Part shown: positions 27,701 through 40,110 of the stretch, in pieces
Layout: every line of letters starts with the position of its first letter
How positions within the stretch are numbered: position 1 is the first letter of the stretch
DNA from: Camelus dromedarius
Lineage: Eukaryota
Length of the DNA stretch: 64,000 nt
NCBI RefSeq assembly: GCF_036321535.1
Contig: NC_087447.1
Coordinates: 36,582,001 to 36,646,000, forward strand
Direction: 5' to 3'
Made by a program: the position numbers and the translations under genes
Notes under the pieces: generated by a model
Databases searched by the model: none
What the model was told of the DNA's origin: nothing
What the model saw: only the letters and a program-made list of their open reading frames with translations

Positions 27701-29729
27701 TGGGCAAGGGACAGGGATGTGCCAGAAAGCAGTGTAGTTATAGTTTGGATGGAACCCAAAGTAAATATTTTGCCATTAGCTTTCTCATAAATTAGATAGT
27801 CATAGTTAGCCTCAAAGGGCCAATATATAGATTTTTTTAAGGCTTGTTTGGATTTTTTAGTTCTGCATCTTATTGCTTAGTTCCTTCTCATCAAAAGCAG
27901 CTTACTTCCTCTCCTCAAGCAGAGTAACAACTCATCTTTCCCAGCAAATCTTGCTTTAGGGTAGGTGAATTGGTCCAGTATCAAGGGCACAAATATGAGA
28001 CATCAAATTTACATAAGTAGTTCTGACCTTTCATTCTGTGGTTCATTGTGAGAAGTAGAAGGCATTGTTTCCATTAACATCTTTGTCTCCATGTTTCCCA
28101 CCCTGCCCATCCAATTACTAGCTCAGATTTAGGGTACTTGTTAGTGGCTCTATGGAACACTATTGTGATGTTCTGCCATAAATTCCATAGCCCCCAAAGT
28201 GGAAAAAAATACCTCTGGTTCCTTGTCACTTACAGTGCTTGGCAGAAAGTTAGTAAGCATCTAATAAAGATTTGTTGAATAAGTAATTGAGTGGATGAGT
28301 GAGAATATAGAAACTTTAACAAGAGTGGTATAAATTTGTTGAAAGATGCAAATGGGAATGTTTAGTGTTGTGGACACTTGAAGCTCACATTTTGGGTCTA
28401 ACTGGTAATATATTGAAATGAGGAGTCCTTAATTTGAAAAATTTTGGACATAATATTTCTTTTTTAGCTGGTCCAAATTAGCCATCAGTTGTTTCCAAAA
28501 ATTGTCAGATAGCATTCAGGTTTCAAAATTTGATATTTTGGAAGGCAGTGAGATCCTCTAAAATGTCATACTTGGAAAACTGCCTAGGATTCAGAATAAA
28601 TAAATTTTATAGTACCAGAGAGACTAGAAGACATCTTGGAAAATTCTGTACCTATCTGTAGTTTTATACTTCCTTTGCTAAAGAATATTGCTAGAAGCAT
28701 GAGGCTGACTAGTGGGAAAGGTTGGCATATTAGTCTATAGGAAGCTTGGTAAGAGTCTCTTTTTCTGGACATGCATTTTCTTTCTATTAAAGTCTGATTA
28801 TGAATTACTAGTCTGCACTTGGTCCTAAATGTGAAGGTGGGTTTTTCAAGCTGACTACACTATGCACGACAGATTGTCTCCAGTTCTACTTTAACCAGCT
28901 ATAGTGCTAATGACTTATGGAGGAAGCTTTGTGATCATGTTCATTGCATGGAGAGGTAGGCTAGTAGAGTGAGTGTGTGTTCTTTAAATGGCTACATAGT
29001 GGTAAAAATCCATTGGGAAGTCATATGTGCTAAACTTTATGCTGAATATTTAAAAAAACGGACTATCCCAGAATCCCATTAGTATTCCTCAAGGCTTTGC
29101 TTTTTTAACCCAGGAATTTATATTGTCAGGAGACATTTTTTCGTAGGTTCTCTTTACTATTATTTTGCTCAATGCCATGCCATTTATACTGCCAGATAAT
29201 CTTGAGGTCTGTTAGTATCCCTCATGATCAGTCATTTATTCTGCCTGTGTAGTTAACGGTGTATTTGTGCAAATGGTATATATTTTATTTGCTGGCCACA
29301 AGGTAACAAAGGCCTAATTGTTTTTTATTGTGAGGAGATACAGATTTTACCCGCCAAATTAAGAATGCAATTTACAAGTCTAGCCTCTCAAACATTAAAA
29401 CATACTTCCTATTATGTGTGAAGGCTTACTCCATATTTTATTGCTCACCTGCTAAAATATAAATAATAAAAAATGGAGCATGTATCTTGGGTATCTTTGG
29501 CTTATAATGCCAGATACAGATAATATATGAAGAATCCCATTCTTTTTACATTTTGAATATGATAACTGCCAAAATATCCTAGCATGCATTATTTATAACT
29601 CTCAAAATCTTTTAATCTTAATAATACAATGTATTAAAAAAGGTAGGATATTAAAATAGCTTGTATGAATAGGATATCTTCATCTAAAATTATCTGGATA
29701 CTTTTGAACTGATTGGTATAGAAGCAATT

Positions 29730-30055
29730 TTTACTTTTCTGATACATTTCATGCCATTCCCTCTATGTGAAATATTTCTCACAAACATATTTACTTATAG
29801 AATTTCTATCCATCTTTCAAGGCCCAGCTTATATAATCTTCTCTGATCTCACTTCATTTAAGTTCCCATAGTATTTTGTATTTCTTTTTATACTTTTCAC
29901 TATTTGTCTTTTTAATAGTTTCTGTGGACATTCTTTAGTTTCTGATAAAAAGTTTTTTTTTAAGGTCAAGGATATTAAATCAAATCCATCTTAAATAACT
30001 TTCATGATCATATAGTACCAACTATTCAGTAAGCACCTCAGTATGTAATTACGGA
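29730..30055 (+). mobile_element. L2 3' fragment
   Basis: tctatccatctttcaaggcccagctt...tcttctctgatctc...gtcaaggat...gtaagcacctcagt. Confidence 0.55.
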
Positions 30056-31049
30056 GTAATTAAAAATTTAAAAAATCTTCACACTCCTAGTCCTTTCATA
30101 ATTTACCAAATGTATATTGCTCTTCTTGTATTTAACTTCTCTTATATGTGGTGATTGCTTTTACTGTTTCCATGTTATCCTGGGAGTTAGAGAAGAAGTA
30201 GTTTCTTGAATTTGTAGATGAGTTGAATAAAACATTAAAAAAAAAGTGAAGCTAGTTATTGACCCTTAGCAAAATCTGGAGCTTGTGATGGTGGGACAGG
30301 GAGAAATTGACATATTCTAACCATTACTGCTCATGTTCCTTCTATCCCCACTCTGGAGTGGGGGCTATGCCATGTCTCTTTGTACTGGCTCTGGCACAGT
30401 TGTTTCTCATAGTCAGTCATCTAAACATATGCGTAAAATGACTGTGTGAATGAATTTGACATCAATGACTATTGCTAAGAGATGCCTTAGCCACTGTTAC
30501 CTTTAATGGCTTTCCACTCTCTGGGCTTTCTTTGCATTTATGCTCTCCTTCCATTTTCTGATATAAAATCTTTCTTTCAAGAAAATTTTTGATGATCACA
30601 TTGAACCCGAGATACAAATGGCTAATAATAGTTTAACATGTTCTTTTGTTGCATATGCATTTAAAAATGTTTATGTCTTTTCAAATAAAAATCAAGATAA
30701 ATAAGTTATATGGGACCTTCATTCAAAATAAAGGTATTGATTTCCTTGACCTTATAGAGAAACATGTTTATACCTGAGCTCCAAAGCAGTGTTTGTAGTG
30801 CTTGGGGACCCATGAATAGAAATTTCTAGAAAAAGTAGCTCAAGATAGGCCTCTATAAATATTTGCTAGTGTTCTGAGGATTTAAACTTAACAAGAGCTA
30901 ATAGAAAGAGTACTTTTGGATAGCTTTCTCTGAAGTGAGAGAATGGAACTAAAGTTGTTGAAAGAAAAATCCTTTTGTTCTCTCTTGCCTTAAGAATGGC
31001 TAGATTCATAATTTTAGTACCTCTTTTGGGACTACTAGAAACAATTCAA

Positions 31050-31553
31050 AGAAACCTTTGCTGTGCAACTACTATTACAATGAAGAGTTTGCAATTGTTT
31101 TTTTTTTTTTCCCTGAAATTGCTTCACTATAATAATTATTGGAAAAAGAAAAGAACTGCCATTATTTTTCCAAGTCATAGGGAGTGGGCATTCCATAAGC
31201 TTGGCCACAGTGATTTGTTCAGAAATAAACATGGTATTCAAGCCAGGCCAGTGAGACTTAATCCTGGAATCTTTGCTGCAATTACTGAGAAAGAAGTATA
31301 GTCTTTTTGCTGTGATTGCTAACCTGGTGTTGTGTATAGTCGTTTTTGCCCCTGAAGGGGGAGAACCTGCATGAGAGATGAAGAGAGATCACCTCCTAAT
31401 TACATCATCTTCACACTGAGTCCAGCTGTGTCAGAAGCCAGGACTTTTCAGTTATGTTCTTTTTAGTTATGTTGAGCCAATAAATTATTTTTGGATAAAA
31501 CTACTTCGAGTTGGTTTTTATCACTTACAACTTGAAGTATTCTAACAAATGTA
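31050..31553 (+). mobile_element. MLT1 (J/K/L-like) LTR
   Basis: ttggccacagtgatttgttcag...caagccaggccagtgagac...ggacttttcagttatg...gagccaataaa...gagttggtttttatcacttacaac. Confidence 0.8.
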
Positions 31554-33069
31554 ACCAGAATTGCACAACTGACGCACAACTCATACGGTGGATAGATATA
31601 TGTGATTTGGAGATATATTTTGATATCCACTGAGTCATCCAGTATGTACAATTTATTTATTCCACTTTAACTTCCATGAGTGTGAATGAGTATGGATTAT
31701 GTGATGAAAGTCATTACTGTTTAAGCAAGAATAGTTTGAACTGAAATAATTTTAGTATTGTCAAAGAATAAAGTGCAAATAAAGTGATATAACTAGATAA
31801 ATTCCAGACTTTTTTGTTTTGAAAATAGAATGAGTTTATGGATTTTTTATAGGTTAAAAATGCAGTTTTCCTTTTTTCCTAAATAAAAGAAGTTGAAATT
31901 TGTCTGTATTTTAAATATTCACTTGTCTATTGCAGTTTGATATTGTCGTTAGATACACAATGTGGGCAGGAATCAGAGAGAGTACTTTATTTACCTAAGC
32001 TTTGAAGAAATATCCTCTCCTTGTGACATTTTTGTATATTAGTCCTATTCATTAATTCTACTGAAGATCAACTTTAATGGTTTTACTTTAAATTAGAGCT
32101 CTTCTCCCTAGTTTGGAAAACACAAAACAGAAATGGATGTTATAGTACAAATTTTGCTGTTTTCTTAGAAAAAATAATCTGAATTTGGAAGAAAATTTAT
32201 TCTCCATATATAGTTATGCAAATTCTACTTGACTTTGGTAAGTCATATTTAAATGGGCAATGTTTTTAATTTATATTTGTTACATGGCTTTTTAGGAGGT
32301 ATCCATTTTATCTTTCACATTGTTTGAAATATGTATGTAAGGACTAGGTTGATATTTAATCATCTCTTTTAAAAACATTCTGGACCACTTTATATTAAGA
32401 TTTTATTGCTTAGAAAAATTTAAAAAAAACCTTCAACATTAAAATAGATACTAGGTCTCCTTTTTTCCCCTTTTATTCAAGGATGTATATTTGCAATCAA
32501 ATTTGGTCTTTTTACTTGGAAAACCTTTAAGTGCCAAGGTTTTAAGTAGGCACTTTTTTTCCCTAATTCTTATAGGGTATAGATGTGTCCCTCAGATCTG
32601 AAAGTGTCAGATCTAAGTCCCTTGGGTACTGATATTCTCATTAGGAAACTATCACATTTAGAAATTCGGGTGCTAACTAGTTCATGAGAGTAAGGCCTTC
32701 ATAGAACCATTTTAAGATCAAACCAACTTTTCAGAAGCCTTAACCTTTAAGAGTGCATGCAGACAATAGCACATTTGGAATGGCATGCACATTTAGTTAT
32801 ATGGGTGGAATTTCTCAGAGGTAGTGGATTTTGAAGTTTTATTATCTATCATTACGTAGGATTTCACCTTGACCTCCAGGTTTGCAGACCAGACGAAATA
32901 AAATTTAAAATGGATAAAATTCCTAAGGAAGGACCTGTTTCTAATAGTCATTCCTTTTTTCTTACTATAACCTTTTTATGTGGTGATCATTCTTTCTTTT
33001 TAGTCACTTACTGACTATATAATAACTTCCCCTACCCAAACCTGCTCACAGGATAGTATTCTGTAGTGG

Positions 33070-33310
33070 TCACATATATTTTCATTATTATTATTTTTGT
33101 TAAATTAAAAAAATCACATTTATACTAAAACAATAAGGAAAAAAGTTCTCACACAATTTTACAATTTGTCGTTTTTATTTTTACTTGCTTATTTTCAGTT
33201 CTTATCCGTATTAAGAAATAATTTAACTTAACTGTAATCAGAGCGTAGATTCATTGTATGTTGTTTTTCATTTAATGTTATATAATCAACTATTTTCCAT
33301 CACAAAGAGC
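33070..33310 (-). mobile_element. Old L1ME-type 3' fragment
   Basis: AT-rich L1ME-like layout (aaaaatcacatttatac...ttttcatttaatgttatataatc...ttttccatc). Confidence 0.45.
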
Positions 33311-35268
33311 TTGTCATGACCCATACAGACACTTGGAGAATCCCTAGTGTGTCTTACCTTCTTTGAGTAAGAGCTGCCATTTGGGCCTTGTTTTAGATAG
33401 TCTTCTTCCTGGTGTTGAGATACTGCATTCACAATTAGCCTGAAACGCTTACTAAGGGAAGATATAGTTTCTTTTGTGGGAATGCATCCTAACATCTTAA
33501 CAGTAACTATTAAGTTTTCTGTAGTTTTTTTTCTGCATCTCTTGCAGCTGTTGAGATGTTCATAGAATTTTTTTTGAGCACCTACTGTGTATCAGGTACT
33601 GGGTGTTCAAAGATCATGTTCTTAAGGAGTTCGAGCTTTTCTTTTTCATTCTTGTTCTCTAAGGCCCTTTCTTTTCCTGATACCCAGGTGCTTTTGTTTC
33701 TCTTTCTTTTTGCCTCTCTGTCAAAGCAAAGAGACTTTTAAAGGAACTTTTGAGTTAAACTCAAGCTGCTTCTGTTGAGAAGAATTAATACAGCTCCCTG
33801 AACTGGGGCCTATTGTTTGTTTAGAACTCAGTGTTAATGAGGGCACAATGCTTGTCTTGATTCTTATATGGACCTATTAGCTTTGCTCTGTTCCATGGCC
33901 TTGGATCACTGCTGTAATGATTGATACTTGCTGAAGACCAGGTGAGAAGATTTGGTTGATCAAAACATTAGAAAATCAGTGCAGATTGCATTCTTTGCCA
34001 GGTATCATCCTTGTTTATAAAAGGCAAACCATGATTTAGGGCATTACTTTTTAACAAAATTATTATTGAAATAAGTTGTAAAGGAATGTGGAAAAGTAAA
34101 GGAGACTTAAAAAGCATTTTATTATGCTGTTTTTTTTTTCTGTTCTTCATTCATTGGTTAATTCTAAGGATAGTTTTCTTTGTGTCATTTAGTTTCCTTT
34201 TTAATATCTTTGGATGCAAGATTGAGTTTGCTGGCCTTTCTTTCTTGTTCTTTGGGTGTTAGTGCCAGCTTTGGCAGCCTTCATTGTCAGTGCTGGCTCA
34301 AATGAAGGAATGGCTGAAGGCTCCTTTTGGAGACCCACTTCACTGGTTATTTTAATTGCTCACAGAGATAATTGTTGAGTGGTTCTATATAGAATAGTAT
34401 TTCCCTTGCCATGGGGGTTAGGAATTCTGCCCAGTAACCATTCCTACACCTGATGGACGAGTGTTTCTGAGTGGAAAGACTGGTAGCTGGTTCTAGGTAT
34501 CTCCCTAGAACTGTGTGTAGGGCCCCTGCCAGATTAACTCTGGGAAATTTGTGCAACCATCATGAATACTTTCCTCATTGATCTTTTGCCTCATATGGTC
34601 AAAAACAGAGAATCTGCAGAGTTTAAAATTAGCTTCTTAATTATCTTATTCTAGGACACACTCTGTCATATAGATCTGTGAGACCAAAGATTTTCTTTGC
34701 TTTCCTTTTTCACAGAGATAGTAGAAAAACAATAGAGATATGAGTGATAAGAGACTGGCTTAAAGAAAAAAAAGCTTTTTTTTTTTTTTAAACACTGGTA
34801 TTATGGCTGTCTGCTGTGATGAAGGACTATGATATTCTGTGGAATGGAGCTATCTATACTTCTGATATACAGTGATGAAGAAAATTCTAGATCCAGCATC
34901 CATGAGGTATTTCCTTAAATTTAGCTGCTTCTCTGGGTGGAAGTGAGGCTTCTGAGATACAGAGTTTTGTAGTTTTGGAACCTTTAATTGAGGGATAACT
35001 GAGTCACAACAAGTTAGTAAACAAAAATAAATGGTGAACTTGTAAAGGTCATATTTTACAATAGCTTTATATTTGTAGTTTTAAAATTGGAAATCAATGG
35101 AAATAGGTATGATTGTTTGTTACTGTTTTTTAGAGAGTTTTTGTCACTCTTTGAAATATAAATGGTATCAATTTTGAGTAGCCGTCTAGAGTACATTCAT
35201 TAAAATGGCACAAAACAGAAATTTCTACTTATGAACTTTGGGAATCATCAAAATGACCTTGACTTCTT

Positions 35269-35777
35269 TGCTAAGATTGGTTACTTTGAAGGTCCCAATT
35301 CTTTTTCATCCTTCCTTGTATCATAACTTTTGCCATGAAATTTCAGAGTGCCCTTGCACTCTGGATGGGGCGTTCTGTCTTACCTCTGCCTCTGGGATCC
35401 ATCATTTAACTTGCTTTGGCTAATGGGATGTTAACAAATGTGACACAAATAGAGGCTTGTAAAAGCATTTGTGCATTTTTGTTCAAACTCTTGCCCTTTT
35501 CTGTCACCACGAGAAGGACAAGCCTGGGCTAGTCTGCTGGAGAATGAGACATCCTATGGAGGAGAGTCGAATTACTCTAGTTGTCCTATCCATAGCCATC
35601 CTAGATCAGCCAAAATCCAGCCAGCTACAAGACATGTTGGTGAGCTCAGCTAAAACCAGAAGAAATGCCCAGCTGACCTCCAAACACATGATTTAAATAA
35701 ATGATTATTGTTTTAAGCCCCTGAGTTTTGGGGTGGTTAAATGTGCAGCATTCTTGTGGCCACAGATAACTGAAACA
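35269..35777 (+). mobile_element. MLT1G/H-like solo LTR
   Basis: acttgctttggctaatgggatgttaacaaatgtgacac...gagaaggacaagcctgggctagtctgctgg...aataaatgattattgttttaagcccctgagttttggggtggtt...gataactgaaaca. Confidence 0.85.
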
Positions 35778-38700
35778 ACCTCAGGTAACCTCTTTTTAAA
35801 CCTAACGCGGCAGATGTCACAGATGATCCTGAGTGATTTCTTGTTGTTCCAAATACAGTATTTATTTCACATTGATTAATTTCAAGAAATTCCTCGATTC
35901 ATTCACTCAGTGGTGCTTGGGTGAAACTTGATTTAAAGTGGAGTATGTTTTCTTTGTGGATTAATTTTAGGAACTCTGGAGATAACTCCCCACTCAGTCT
36001 ATATATTCAGCTAAAATATGTTAGCCTTACAGGGCACAAAACCATTCAGTCTGTAAAGAGAGAGAAGGCAGAAAATGTAAGTAGTGCAAGTAATTGAGTT
36101 AAATTCATATGGTAAGAAGCACAAATTCCAATATATCCTTTGCAAGAGCAAATTTTGACTAGGAAGGGGTGACAGTGAGTGGAGGCAGTAAAACAGAGGG
36201 GAAGAATGAGGCTCGGAAAAAGGAAGCTGGATTATCTTTGGGCCATTTAAAGATGGCATAGTGTAAAAATGAATGTTGTAATTGAAGGCTGAGCTTTAAA
36301 ATCTTAACTTTGTTTGTATTGTTCAAGTCCAACATATTAGAGGAAGGAAAAGATTGGATGAAAAGAGCCAAGAGGTAGTTTTGTTAGAAGCATAGTGCTT
36401 TAATTCTTTCTTTGTGTTTTGAAATCAAATGACTGTTTGTCTTTTCTACTTTCAGACTCTCTATATAGTATTGCTATTTCATTCACTTTCTTTTGTGGTA
36501 GAAAAAAGTCTGCTTTTTAGTGAGTATATAGAAAGTAGCTGGCTGAGAATCAGTCCCCTGGACAGAGGCAGGGCATTACTGAACACATCTTATCAGTTAT
36601 GGCTCTGCATCAACTGGACCTGTACTCAGAGAAGGGGTACTGCTGGATGGGGGAACCTGTACTTGGTTAATTCATCATGTTACTTGGAAAGGTACTTATT
36701 TTGCACAGCAGTGTGGTCACCTGGCGGTAGGTCATTAGCATTTTAGTCTTCTTTTCTGCACAACAATGCACAACATGCTAATTAGAGGATTCTGAAAGCT
36801 AAGTAACCTGTTTTAAAATCAGACTTTTTAATTTGCAGCTTTAATGGCTGTTTTTATAATAACTGGCTTTATTGGGGGTAAAAGCACTTCTCATGTTCCA
36901 CTAGCAAGGCAGAGTATAACAGAAGCTGACAAAATTAAAAACCTCATAATGCGACCTTTGCCTGGGATAAAAGGCTGTTTCATAACAATTTCCTTTTGTT
37001 CTTTGTTTAAGCCATTACTCTAAAAGGAGCCTCCGATTAATCTAAGTAAATGCATCATTACAGTACTAATCCATGTCCTTCTGTCAGTGTCTGTTTTAAT
37101 TAAATAAGAAATGCTAGCAGAAAGGTATCACGCACAAAGCTGTGATTGGAGAAAGCAGCACTGGTTGATCAGGGAAAGATTAAAAAGGGCTTTACTGTTT
37201 TGTCCATTTGCATAGCTCCAGATGCCACAGTGTTTCAGGTTGAAAGAAAACTTACAAAAGAGTTTAACACATTTCACTCTTATAGATTTAAAATAATGGG
37301 ATTTACCAATGAAATTCTAATCATCCAATTTATCACACATTAGACATTCCAGAGCAAGGAGCAGACAGCTTGGGGTGTGTCTTTAAAACCTTTTATGCAA
37401 TATTGTGTTGTATCTGTGAAAACATACCTGCTCAATTTGCATGTGTTTCTTCTTATTTTGGGTGATATTGATGGTGAAATCTGGTTGTGGATATATAATG
37501 TGACTCCCCCCTCCTTTTTTATAGTATCTTGCAACTTCTAGCTTAGTTACTTTTTAAAAAATGGTTTTCTATTGATAATGTGTTAAGAATTTAGATGCCT
37601 AATTGGTTGTTAACAATGAAAAGTACATTTAATAAATGCTTGTAAAATGAATGTATCTAGTTGGTATTGCTGCATTGATACACAGAAACTCTTAGCAGTG
37701 GAGTTGCAGAATTCCCGTGGTGAGGGCTTTCTCCATATACGGGCCATTATTTGATGTAATGAAAAGAGAAAGTGTGCAACAGTGAGATTGTTAATTAATT
37801 TAGCCTAACAAGATGAAGATAAATGAAGCAAAGCACAGATTGAATGAAGCAAGAGGTCTTATTTACAATTTAATACATTTTTATATAATGCAGATTTCAC
37901 TTGATAAAAAACAGACATCATCCCAAATACCTAGTAACAAAAAGGTACACTCCCTCCTACCACAACTCAGCACTAAAATCCTGTCCTGACTTTACAGAAA
38001 ACATGTACTGTGGCTCCATATAGAAGACACTTCTACAGTGTGTAAACAGCGCTTTTCTCCTGCTAAGAATCCTGCAGTAGTTAACCTTTAACTTCAGTAT
38101 TTTATTATTCTTGCTATAGACTGATGATGACCATGAGAATAATTATCTGGAAACCTTCAGATTTCTTCTTCTGCATGCTGTCCTGAGACATCTTACATCA
38201 GTTATTTAATAATTATTTAATTTTAATCCTCTTTTTACTAAAGGAAAGAAGCTCAAAAGTGAGAAAAAAAAGAGCTGTGAGCCTTTTTACATGTGCTTGA
38301 ATCTGTAGCAATTGTGCAGAATTCTTAAATTAGCATTATTTTTAAAAGTCTCTCTTTCAGAGATTAATGAGCTTTACCCAGTATTTGACCTTTTATCATT
38401 CTTGCTTTCTGCTCAGAAGTACTTCCTTCCTTCCTACAGTAGCTAGAAAAGACTCTCTTATCTTATGTTACTGTAGGCAGTGGTAACAGGGCTTTCTACA
38501 AATGGTGTTATTATGGTCACTATGTTTTTATCTCAGGGGTCACGAACAAATCCATGCAACTGCTTCTAAGGATTTCAATAAATAGGACTTTTTATCCAGA
38601 CAATCGCCTTTTATGTTACTTTTAAACAAAACTACTAGTCCATCAAGAGTTTCAAAAGAAAACAATTCTACAGAGTGCCGGTATGGTCGCACAGACCAAT

Positions 38701-40066
38701 CATCATGGCACCCATTCTCCAGTCCTTTATTTTTCAAGTCCACAACAATAGGTTGTTGATTCAATGGACAAGACCAGAACAATTAAGTTCTCTGTTTAGC
38801 AGCAGTGCAGCATTTTAATGCCCTTCTCTAATAATGGTCTCATTATTGTTATTCTAAGACGGGGCCTCAGGAGGAGGAATATTTGCTGGAGGTACGTCAT
38901 TATTTTGCAAATTTCGATTAGCTCATCATGTTGTCTGTAGTGTGAAAATCGTAGCTAATTAGGGCAGCCAGTTAGACTACCAGCTTTTGAGCTTATGAGT
39001 TAAAAGGTAGCATACTTGATAGGCCAGTGATGTGAAAAAGGTGGTAAAAAGGAGGATTAGAGCAGTTGCCTTAGTAACTCCAACTTCCATCTGTGAGGGA
39101 ACAATGGACTTGTGTTTCTCCCCCACCTTGGTGTAAAAATTGGTTTTGTTTTGAAAGGACAGAGTTCTTTTTATGACAATCTGGAATTCAGCCCAACTGA
39201 GTGTAGTTTTAGTTGTTAGGAGAGACCATTGGGGATAGGAAAGATGAAAGGTCATGGTGAGCTTCAAGGACATGAAAGGTTGTTGTCTCACGTAACAATG
39301 GTAGATTGTTCCCCCCCCCTAATATTTCTAGCCTGCCCCTAAGTCAGGTGGTGGAACAAATACCTACAGTTTAGTCAGGTGAAACAGGAAAGGGTGGGGG
39401 AAGGAAAGGAGAAAAATGGGGTAAGAGAGAGTTTGTACTTTGTTAAAAAAAAAAAAAAGGGTAACTTCAATTTGTTTTTATTAAACGAAGTGATATTTCT
39501 TTGTCACTGTCGTTGAGATTCCAGTGTTCTTTGGGTGGTTTGCCTCTGTGGGCCATCACATCTCTGGGAAGCTCTCCAATGTGTTAGGAAATGTGATTTA
39601 AGCTTTCTTCCTGAACTCCCAGGAGGACCAGTGATGTGATACTTAACAATAAATTTAGTTGTTGTAGCTTTCTCACATTATTGGTGTTCTTAAAAGGTTT
39701 TCTTTCAAATGCACACTGGATAAAATGAATGATAAATATGAAAGAAATTTGTTTCACCACTCTATGGGGTTTTATCATAAATTCTATGACTTCCATCATA
39801 GAAAGTTTACAGGATACTGTTTAGATGTTGCTGCAATAGCAACACACATTTTTCTTTCTGTACATGGGAAAATGCTATAATTTTAAGAGCTATTGGGGGT
39901 TTTGTATTATAGAGGAGGTGATAGAACAGGATTGAATATGGTGTTATTTCTTAAAATTCCTCAAAACCAAATCACTCTCTCTGGATTTGAAATACTTTTA
40001 TTTCAGCAAAATGAGTGACTTATTTTTCTTCTGTATCAATATTAAAATATTTGGTTGTGGTTGTTT

Positions 40067-40110
40067 ATGTGCGTGTGTGTGTATGTGCATTGTGTATATG
40101 TGTGTATATG
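40067..40110. repeat. Degenerate (TG/TA)n microsatellite
   Basis: atgtgcgtgtgtgtgtatgtgcattgtgtatatgtgtgtatatg. Confidence 0.8.

Noticed and set aside
28809..28823. tagtctgcacttggt resembles miR-199-3p
   Set aside because: Partial match with an indel, seed broken, no 5p arm
34816..34865. Box C (GTGATGA) and box D (CTGA) pair
   Set aside because: Too short for a C/D snoRNA, no terminal stem, no recognisable guide
36714..36730. CTCF-like CCGCCAGGTGAC on the minus strand
   Set aside because: Mismatch in the conserved GGC of the core
38124..38186. Box C (ATGATGA) and box D (CTGA) pair
   Set aside because: No terminal stem or identifiable rRNA/snRNA antisense element
38977..39010. Small hairpin with miR-320-like AAAAGCTG on the minus strand
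   Set aside because: Stem too short and bulged for a pre-miRNA
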